Assembly (NCBI GenBank): GCA_026914245.1
Contig: CP110439.1
Coordinates: 1,488,001 to 1,552,000 of the forward strand
Source of the DNA: Puccinia triticina
Taxonomy: Eukaryota
DNA: 64,000 nt
Direction: 5' to 3'
Shown here: positions 54,093-64,000 of the stretch, piece after piece
Layout: the number at the start of each line of letters is the position of its first letter
Position numbering within the stretch: the first letter of the stretch is position 1
The notes under the pieces: generated by a model
Databases searched by the model: none
What the model saw: the letters and a program-made list of their open reading frames with translations, nothing else
What the model was told of the DNA's origin: nothing
Translations under genes and position numbers: made by a program

Positions 54093-55230
54093 GTGCCCAA
54101 AGACTCCATCAAAGAAGAAGATCCAATGCCAATTCCCATCACAGAAAACAATTAGACAGGGAGGCTGACCGAGTCAATGCTTTGCAAGAATTATGTCCTG
54201 CACAAACCTCTGATCATCTACGCGGATGTTGAAACAGTTGATCTCTTCCCCGCCATCACTCAAGAAGTGGAAGACGCACTTGCCAAAAGAAAGCGTGTTT
54301 GGAAGAAGTACAGAAAGCAGAAGAACCGCAAAAACTCAAATCTAAAAAAACCCGGCTAGCATTCCCATCATCCCCTGAGCCCCTACTCCTGCTGAAATCG
54401 CTTCAGTTGAATCCCATTTCAAAACCAACTTCAAACTCTACAACCATGGCCATGTTCAAGTTTTTGATCAAGCCAACGGCAAGCTGATTGCAGCAATGCA
54501 CTTCACAGACATAACCAAAGTGGACAAGGATGAACTTGACAATTATAAGTTCCTGTGTTTCTTTCTGCATCAGGCTAAAAAGTTTGTTTCGCCAGTGGCA
54601 TCCAAGGGTAAAATAATTCAAACTTCTCTTTGCATTTAGTCATTTGGCAGTAAGTTTCTAACATATTCCTGCTATTTTTTTGTCAAAAGGTCAATCTTGC
54701 GCAGGAACAATGTGGGTGATTGGGTGGAGAAAGTCAATGAAAAGATTTGAAATTCTTGGACAATACACCAGAAAAGCCAACATCCGCTGGTTCCCCAAAG
54801 AATATCAACAACACATTAAGGATTTTTGTCAAGCCAATCAAGTCTTGTGGAAGATGTTCCATCAGTTCGGCAATGTGGCTCTTCAAAACAATCAAGATTA
54901 CATGAAGAAATTCAATATCCCCTCCTTGGATACGGAAAACTACATGGACGACAATAGCTCACCATTCAACTTCTCTTCCAATCTCTCTTTCACTTCAAAC
55001 GGGTTTTTTAATCACGCTCACAAAGATGAAGGGGATGACTGTCACCTTCCTTTTGCTTTTCTCATTTCCATACCCACAGTCAAACGGACCGGCAGGCTTG
55101 CATTGCCATCAGACAATTACGATGTTTCTGGGGGATGTTTCATCTTTCGTGACTGTAAGTTTGGGGTTAACTTGAAACCCAACATGATTTGTAAGATAAT
55201 TTTCAGTCAACGTGACTATGTTCATGGTAC
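54093..55230 (+). pseudogene. TET/JBP-like 2OG-Fe(II) dioxygenase, 3'-truncated
   Basis: GTMWVIGWRK, NLSFTSNGFFNHAHKD (HxD), GGCFIF, YVHGT (distal His); intron ~54608-54689; frameshifts and stops in the upstream exon. Confidence 0.72.
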
Positions 55231-58101
55231 GAGGCCGACCGCCGCCCGAAGGAGGTGCCGACCCAAGCGAGAGCTCCAGCTACGATGGACGATCTCAAAC
55301 GTATGCTGCAGTCGTTCAAGCAGCGTCTGGAACAGAAGTTTGCGGCTCAGGCGCGACCCGCTACGCCTCGAGGCCCTATTGTTTGTTATTATTGCCACAG
55401 AGAGGGCCATGGGCTTGGGCGATGCGTCAAGCTGCAAAAGGACAAGGAAGAGAAGTTGGTGGAGCAAAGGGGGGGCAGTTTCTTCCTCCCTAATGGTGCG
55501 CTTATACCCATTGACTCGTCGTGACCTATCCGCCATGTAGTGGCTTTGTACAATCCGAAGGCAGCAACGGCTAGCGTTCCGGACCAGGAGTTTCGAGCTG
55601 CATGTGGATCTCTAGACCCCTGGCAGCCCCCCTCAATCTCATCTCAGTCGTTTTCTGGGACATATCAAGCAGATCCCGCGAAGAAGAAGCACGAGGCCCC
55701 TAAGCCTTTTAAGGCTCCTATTGTTCCCCCTGCAGCGGTGCGGCGACCGATGCATAAGGCTCCAGCCCCGAAATCAGGGTCAGATACGGATGAAATGGAT
55801 GCGGAATCCAAGTTGTTTGAGCGGGTGCCTGCGGCTCCCCCCATGGAAGATACGCCGAAGGACAGCCCAGCCGCTCCGGCGACGTCCAAGACAATTCCGC
55901 CGACCCCCAAGGTGCGCTTTGAGCGCGGCATTTCCAAGGACCACCCTAACGCGGCGGACGTGATACTTAAGAAGATGTTTGACGTCAACGTGCCGAACGT
56001 CACTGTATCCGAGTTGTTGGCCTTGGCTCCGTCAGTAGCTGAAGGTATGAAGAAGTGGGTTTTGCGTCGGAGCGTCGAGGTTGGGGCGGAGGAGATGAGG
56101 GTGTCGTCGGGAACGCTGGCAGAGGACTCGGAAGGTGAAGGGCGGATCGACGGGATGAGGCTTTATTCCTGTCCTTTAGGTTATATGCCGTGTTTGGTCG
56201 GCGACGAGGAGAGTAACGCCCTCCCATTAATCGACTCTGGTTCCCAGTTAAATCTGATTTCGGACGCCATGGCTAATAAATTTAACATTAGTCCTTGCGT
56301 GAATTTTAGCTCTGCCGTTTACGGGATTGGAAACCAAGCGTGTGAGCTCGTAGGGGTTGCGGAGGATGTTCCAATCTGAGTGGGGAAGACAATCGTCGGC
56401 TCGTGTCACTTCTGGATCACGCGCATGGACGGGCCGCTCATTTTTGGTTGGCCTTTTCTTATGGACTTCAACGCTTCTCTCAATTTTGACAATCAAGTCG
56501 GCGAGAGGATCCTTCTACCGGATTCGACTGGCCGCAAGATTGAAGTCTCTTTATGTTCGGTGGACTCCAGACGCTGGGAGCGCGACTTTCCCGGCCACAA
56601 ACGCAAGGCGGTCCTTTCCCATAAAGGAAAGGCTCGTGACAACCCGTTGGAGGGCCGGCATTTTTTGTAGACACGGTTGATCCGGGAGGCGGCAGATCTA
56701 ATTTAGGGTTCCGAAATCTCACCGCTGGATCAACTTCACCTCTAGGAACTCAAAGGCCCTATTTCTCTTTGTCCTCTCATTGTCACCAAGAAAATCAACC
56801 AACAAAACCCAAAAAACATTTGAAAAATACTCAAAATTCAGCAAAAATAGTTCCTTTGGTTGATTCATCTCTTTCCCTGCTCCCTCAAGTTTCTCTCAGG
56901 CCTCTTCAAGTTTCCGGTGCTCCGGGCGCAGTTCTAATGGCAAAGAATGGAAAGGAGGAAAATGGATGCTCGCGGAGGCAGGGAGAACCAAAAGTAAGTT
57001 CCTCCCAATTGTGCACCTCCGGGCGTGATGCTCTTAAGTCGTCGAAAACATTACATGTCACACATGTGAGCCCTTCTACCAATCCGCTTCGCTTCCCTAT
57101 TCCAGTTGGCCTTCCGCCCCATCAAGTACGCCTCCGCAATGAGGAAAAACTAGCGCCGGTTTCGACTCCTGCTAGTCTCCGTAAAGAGAATAAACTAAGT
57201 CACAAATCTAGTCTCCAGAACAAGGATAAACTAGATACGTCCTATGGTGTCCTCCGCAACAAGATTAATCTAGTTCAGCTCCGCGATGAGCCTAAACTCC
57301 TAAGCCTCTGCGACAAGGTAAAACTAATGACCCTCCGTGATGAGGTGAAACTATCGGAATTTTGGATGGCGGCGGAGGGAGGATTTGTGTACTTCGGTAT
57401 AACACGGAGGCAGGGAGAACTAAAAGTAAGTTCCTCCCAGTTGTGCACCTCCGGGCAAGATGCCGTTTCGTCTCCGAAAACTCTATCTCGTGCCACACTT
57501 GTGAGCAAAGCGCCGGCGTTTCGTTCTTCGTTTGCAGACAAGGCGCCATTCGAAGACGTCGCGGAGCACAGGACGTGGAAGATGTTGGAGTGCGGCCTAG
57601 TTTTGCGGGCTCAGATAGAGTTGGCCGAATCGTGGCGTGATGGAGCTCTCTTGTCCTTTGCGGCAAAGTACAAACCGGTAGCAAGGAAGGTCAAGCCGGT
57701 GAACCAGCCAATGCCGCAGAATCTCAACCCCCCCCCCCTTTTTCGTCTGCCTCTCTCTTGTGACCGGCATCGTGGTCTTCCCAGATCTTTAGCGGGACCG
57801 TTTGTGCCTCAAGGTCGAGTGACGGAGGAGCGGCTTTCAGTGGTCAATTTTGGCCCAGATGGGTGGTTGTGGCCAGACGAGCTCAATTTAATCAAGAATG
57901 TTTTGGCGGAGCGTAATCCGTCCATAGCTTTCACAGAGAAAGAGCGCGGCCTGCTGAAGGAGACCTATGGGATGCCTTATATCATACCGGTCGTGGAACA
58001 CGAGCTGTGGCAAAAAAAAGAAGATTCCTATTCCGGCGGCCAAGCTAGAAGAATTCATTTGAGTGGTCCGTGAACGCGTTGATACCAGGCTTTACGAACA
58101 G

Positions 58102-60242
58102 TGTGGTAACCCTGTTCCCACTCATATCACCATTCTCATATCATACATATCCTTCACATATTCATCATTATTATTCCAGATTCAGATTCTACACCTCATT
58201 TTACCCCTAGTCACTCACTCATACCACCCTGAAATTCCCTTTGGATCAGAAGTTATTAGCATATACAGTTTCATTGGTACTTTCCTGCTTCTTACATCAC
58301 TTCATCATTACATTTCATAGTGCTCATCATTACATCACTTCATCATTACACATTTCATAGTGCTCATCATTACCTCACTTCATCATTACAGTTCATAGTG
58401 CTCATCATTACTTCACTTCATCATTACATTTCATAGTGCTCATCATTACTTCACTTTATCATTGCTCATCTTCAGACATTGTCACATTGTGCTCATCATG
58501 ATTTCCCCTTGTTGTATTTCCTCACATATATACTCCCCTCTATATGTTGTATCCCCATTATTGAATGTCTACTCCATACACCCTGTATGACCTTTTCACC
58601 ACACCATTAGATACACCTTCATCAGTACATATTTCACCACACCATTAGATAACATTGCCATTCACACATCTTATACACTTTCATACATACCAGAAATATA
58701 TCCCCCTGCATATATCATTCACATTTGCACATCACCTTTCATCTTTGCCCCCCACTACTCCTCCACTCCTCCTCTTTCTGCCACTATATCTCATCCCAGA
58801 GTGGCAATTCTTCTGCAATATGGTTACCAAAATGTTTAAAAGCGGCCAAAGTTTCATTACATGCCTTTTTTCACCACAAAACCCCCAAATGTAGCAGCTA
58901 CAGTCTGATCAGTTTCCAAATATCACTACTTTGGTAGTTTCTGGGTGTTTCTGCCACTATATCTCATCCCAGCGTGGGTATTCTTCTGCCATATGGTTAC
59001 CAAAATGTTTACAAGCGTCCAAAAAGTTCATTATGTACCTTTTTTCACCACAAAACCCCCAAATGTAGCAGCTACAGTCTGATCAGTTTCCAAATATCAC
59101 TACTTTTGTAGTTTCTGGGTGTTTCTGCCACTGTTTCTCATCCCAGCGTGGGAATTCTTCTGCCATATGGTTACCAAAATGTTTTCAAGCGTCCAAAAAT
59201 TTCATTATGTACCTTTGTTCACCACAAAAACCCCGAATGTAGCAGCTACAGTCTGATCAGTTTCCAAATATCACTACTTTGGCAATTTCTGGGTGTTTCT
59301 GCCACTGTATCTCATCCCAGTGCGGTGTGGAACTACTCAAATGGGAGAATAGAGCTGGGAAGGGAAATGTATAACTACACTAGTACTAATGTAAGCTATG
59401 CCAAGGATGCTGATATAAGAGCTGCCTTCCTGACTAATACCACTGGGGATGAGTGTAACACTAAGAAAAAGAAGAAAGGTGTGGCTTTTCTACTATAATC
59501 TTAGACTGACTAATACTATGAGCTGACTACTTGTACCTGTAGGGTATGAGGAGGAGTGGAGGAGTAGCGGGGGGCAAAGATGAAAGGTGATGTGCAAATG
59601 TGAATGATATATGCAGGGGGATATATTTCTGGTATGTATGAAAGTGTATAAGATGTGTGAATGGCAATGTTATCTAATGGTGTGGTGAAATATGTACTGA
59701 TGAAGGTGTATCTAATGGTGTGGTGAAAAGGTCATACAGGGTGTATGGAGTAGACATTCAATAATTGGGATACAACATATAGAGGGGAGTATATATGTGA
59801 GGAAATACAACAAGGGGAAATCATGATGAGCACAATGTGACAATGTCTGAAGATGAGCAATGATAAAGTGAAGTAATGATGAGCACTATGTAATGTAATG
59901 ATGAAGTGAAGTAATGATGAGCACTATGAACTGTAATGATGAAGTGATGTAATGATGAGCACTATGAACTTTAATGATGAAGTGATGTAATGATGAGCAC
60001 TATGAAATGTGTAATGATGAGCACTATGAAATGTAATGATGAAGTGATGTAAGAAGCAGGAAAGTACCAATAAAACTGTATATGCTAATAACTTCTGATC
60101 CAAAGGGAATTTCAGGGTGGTATGAGTGAGTGACTAGGGGTAAAATGAGGTGTAGAATCTGAATCTGGAATAATAATGATGGATATGTGAAGGATATGTA
60201 TGATATGAGAATGGTGATATGAGTGGGAACAGGGTTACCACA
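58102..60242. mobile_element. Inverted-repeat element built from LTR ends, 4-bp TSD ACAG
   Basis: Arms 58102-58774 and 59548-60242, both starting TGTGGTAACCCTGTTCC from the outside; ACAG at 58098-58101 and 60243-60246. Confidence 0.9.
58775..59320. repeat. ~174-bp tandem repeat, 3 copies plus a partial
   Basis: Units start TTTCTGCCACT at 58775, 58948, 59122 and 59296. Confidence 0.9.
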
Positions 60243-60324
60243 ACAGTCAACGTCGAGCTATACGTCCCCAGTCTTCTGTGTCCTTAAGAGCAATGGCAAG
60301 ATTAGAGTGGTTCACGACCTCCAG

Positions 60325-63300
60325 TGTCAGCCTGTATGTAACTAACCGTGTCTGAGAGGGTTGTTACTATCAAGATGATGGTGTAAGATGCCAAGGATGG
60401 GCCAATGGGTTCGTGGTAAGACCTGTAAAAGGTTTCACTCTATCAGTAATCTTGACTGAGAGGCTTGCTCAATTAAGGCACATCCAGATCAACACAGGGT
60501 GTTAATAGGCATCCAAGGAATAACTCAACTTGGGTTCGTGGTTTTACCTACAGAAAGGTAAGGGTAATCAAGAGTTGAGAGTATTCCTGAATTGAAAGAT
60601 GGGTGAGAATGAAGGCACTGTTTAACTATGTATGTGTTAAACCTTGCTATAATAATATTCTGAGGGATAAACAGTCCTGGGGGGCGTGTTTATATAGAAG
60701 GGAATGAGCAGGAGGGAACATGAGGCGCTTGGAGGCGCTTGAGGACCAGGGGGGAACTGGAAGCGCTCAAGGGAAGCAGATCCTCATGAGGATCAACATT
60801 GGAAATGATCAGGGCAGTGTAATGATCAGTACTGATCCTGGATCAGTAGCTGTGTACACTAGCTGATCATAACCAATCATTGATTCCATTCAGTGCTCTT
60901 TGAATTGGATTACATCATGTATTGTTTATGTATTTATATCATAACCAATATGTTATGTAAATAGGTACTGAGGCGTAACAGGGGATAAATGAGTGATACC
61001 TGTCTTGGTGTATTTCACGTGTACAGTAATATTACAATGTATTGTAATCTTACTGTTGCACGTAACTTAACTCTCATAACAGCAGTACATTATGGTAACT
61101 GTATTTAACTATGGTTATCTGTAATGTAATGTATAACAGGAGTACATTCTTAAGCTTGTATCTAATGATATACATATGTAATAAAGGCGTAAAAAGTAAT
61201 GTACTATATGTAATGTGAACAATTGCAGGTACTTGGTACGTGTAAGGTACTGTGACATGTACTCTGTGGCTGACACTTCCTCCCTCCAAAAAAGGCTGAT
61301 CAAAGAATTAAAGATTTCTTTTATCAGCTCTGTATTGTCTGAGGACTTTTTCAGAGTCTGGAATTTGGTCAGTAGTGAGCCATTCATCTTCTTTAGAACC
61401 ACTATATCTAACCAGATATTGTTTAATGTCCACATTGTTTTTTCTGATTTTTCTGTGTTGTAAAACCTTCTTTATTTTCACAACTTCTTTCTCCAGTCTT
61501 GGAATTACAACTTTAATGTTGTCTTTCCTTAAAGGGAAATTTTCATTGTTACTAGGCACGTAAGGTTTGATTAAACTAACAGGAAAAGTAGGATGTTTTC
61601 TTTCTAATTCACCTGTCAGTATGACTTCAACAGCATTCTTCTCGTGTAAGGCTTTAATAACAAATGGTCCTACAAATGAGTCTCTCAATTTCTTAGGGCC
61701 AGTTAGGTTGGTGAAGTTAAATGTAGAAATAAGAACTTCTTCTCCAACTTTAAACTGATGAGGTTTATGAGTCTTGTCCCATCTAGTTTTGTTGTATTCA
61801 AAGGATTTTTTTAATGCATTCTGCTGCGTAATTAGCTGTCTTAGTCATCATTTGATGGAAGTCTGCTGCATTAGGATGTATTGTTACAGATTTAGATAAA
61901 ACTAAGTCTTTGGGGAACCATGGAATCCATCCTCTTTCTAATTCAAAAGGAGTCATATTGGTAGAGCTATGTTTGCTGGAATTGTAGGCAAACTCAAGGG
62001 CTGGTAAGAGTGAGCACCAATCATGAGTATAATTATCTTTGTCTTTAAGTTCCAATCCATAGGCACAATATCTTCTGATCATGTCTTCAAGAGTTTGAAT
62101 CATCCTTTCAGCTAATCCATCAGTCTGTGGGTGATAAGCTGTGGAGAACTTTAATTGTGTACCACATAGATCATAAAGTCCTCTCCAGAATTCTGACGTA
62201 AATTTAGGATCTCTGTCTGTAATAATGTATCTTGGGCATCCTACATCAGCAATTATCTTTTGCCAAAACAACATAGCTATATCAAAGGCTGTATTCTCTT
62301 TATGACATGGAAGGAATTTGGTTCTTTTGGAAAATCTGTCTACTACCACTAGTACTGAGTTATAGTTATCTTGTCCTGCAGGAGGTAATCCTGTAACAAA
62401 ATCCATATTAATGACAGACCATCTTTCAGTAGGTTCTTCAATTTCCTGTAATAGTCCATATCTCTTTCCTGTAGCTTTGTTGGCTTTTTGGCACCTTTCA
62501 CAAGATTCACAGTAGTCCTTGGTTTCATTCTTAAAGTTTGGCCACCATGCAATGTGCTTTACTCTCTCTGTAGTGCGCTCTACGGAGAAATGCCCAGCAG
62601 TGATATTATCATGGCATTCTCTAAGAAATAAATTGATATGTTCTCTTTGCACCAGTACTACCACACTAGTATGTTTGGTTCTATGGTAAAGTAATCCATC
62701 AAGAAGGGAAAATCTGTCTTCTTTAAAAGCTGTAGCCCAGGGTTCTTCTAATGAGTTAATTAAATCCATATTCTTATACTTACTCTGTAGTATTTCTTTG
62801 ATGGTAGAAGTATTCTTATTGGTATCATAGGATTTTCTGATTTCATCCCAGAATTCTTCTTCCATTTCACATACATGTAAACCAAGGATATCATAATTTT
62901 CTGAAGGAGCATCATATGCAGGATTATCTTCATCATTCTCCAGGGGAAATAAAGCCATGATTTTTGCAGCAACTTCTCCGTCCCATGCTGGGTTCTCTGG
63001 TAAATTTTCTAGAGACCATCTGCTAAGACCATCCGCATTTTTATGGACATTTCCAGCTCTGTGAATAATAGTCATGCTTCCTCTCCAGATCTGAATAGCA
63101 ATTTGCCATCTAAGCATATGTCTATTGGGAGTTTTCATACCTAAGAGACTTTTAAGGGCTATACAATCAGTAATGACTTCAAAGTCACATCCATCCAAGT
63201 AGTAATACAATTTTTCAAGTGCCCATACTAGACAAAGACATTCTAGCTGGCTGGCTCCATATCTTTTTTCACTGTCTTTCAAGGTGCGTGAGATGTAGCA

Positions 63301-64000
63301 TATGACTCCTTCTCTGGGGACTTCAAAATCCTGTATCTGATGTAATGCAGCGCCTAAACCTTCCATTCTGGCATCTACATATAATCTGTAAGGTTTATGG
63401 GGATCAGGCATGAACAGTATTGGTGCTGATGTAAGTTTTTCTCTCATTAAATTAAAAGCTTCCACTCTAGTAGTTGTCATCTCAAAGGCAGTGTTGGGAC
63501 TACTGAGTTGGTAAAGTGGGCCACTTATTTTTGCAAAATCCTTAATGTGTTGTCTATAGTAACTTGCAAAACCTAAGAATGACTGTACTTCCTTCAGGTT
63601 AGTTGGCATAGGTTTGAGCAAAACAGCTGCTACTTTATTCATGTCTATAGCTATACTGAGTCCTGATACTATATGTCCTAGAGCTTTAAGTTCTTGAAAT
63701 CCAAATTGGCATTTACTCATTGATATTTTCATGTTCATTTTAATTACTCTTTCTAAGACTATGGTCAACTTCTTGAGGTGTTCTTCCCAGTCTTGGCTGA
63801 ATATGATAATGTCATCAATGTAAATTATAAGCCATCCCTCACGTAATTCTCTGTGGAATTCAGTATCCATCATTCTCTGGAAGTGAGATGGTGCATTTTT
63901 AATTCCAAAGGGCATTCTGAGATATTCATAAATACCCATATGTAATATGATGCGCAACAAATGTCTACTGTCTTCATGAATTACATTTTGGTGAAATCCT
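60325..64000 (-). mobile_element. Chromoviral Gypsy element, 3' part
   Basis: 3' LTR 60325-61275 preceded by PPT GGAGGGAGGAAG; inserted in the RT of the Gypsy above. Confidence 0.92.
61308..64000 (-). pseudogene. pol: pol: RT, RNase H, integrase, chromodomain; frameshift near 61800
   Basis: MPFGIKNAP, YIDD, HDNITAGH..CERC, TDRDPKF, HPQTDGLAER, FVGPF, KKVLQHR..YLVRYSG..DEWL. Confidence 0.92.

Larger units (their letters stand above)
55228..60324 (+). mobile_element. Second Gypsy of the same family as 14439-22055 (gag-protease and pol 5' part), 5'-truncated and interrupted
   Basis: CYYCHREGHGLGRC, PLIDSGSQLN, GRHFL*, KYKPVARKVKPV; RT YEQ/STSSYTSPVFCVLK resumes at 60243. Confidence 0.9.

Noticed and set aside
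54680..55540. 286-aa ORF as an intact TET-gag fusion protein
   Set aside because: After HGT it reads gag out of frame, and the upstream exon has frameshifts.

Overview
Eukaryotic, intron-containing, transposon-dense DNA, most consistent with a rust fungus (Pucciniales, Puccinia-like; inferred from gene and TE types, not a database search). Most of the window is nested mobile elements whose boundaries can be read from terminal repeats and target-site duplications (TSDs). (1) A 10.8 kb stack of Gypsy/solo LTRs sits at one CCGG inside a CxC1 (KDZ-transposase-associated) gene. (2) A TIR/TSD-bounded hAT element with further nested inserts splits a host gene. (3) A young full-length Copia has non-canonical TA...TA LTR ends. 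(4) A degenerate Copia carries a foldback insert. (5) A second Gypsy is interrupted by an LTR-derived inverted-repeat element and by a chromovirus. Host-like sequences are a 5'-incomplete WD40 gene, two diverged copies of a candidate secreted effector with complementary frameshifts, fragments of TTL-like and Mer3-like genes, a tRNA-like relic and a TET/JBP-like 2OG-Fe(II) dioxygenase pseudogene. The most notable patterns are an LTR family with CpG-centred 4-bp TSDs, a TG..CA foldback unit built from LTR ends, a conserved -1 frameshift signal downstream of the protease, and repeated TpCpG-to-TpTpG nonsense mutations. Coordinates were read by eye and may be off by a few bases.
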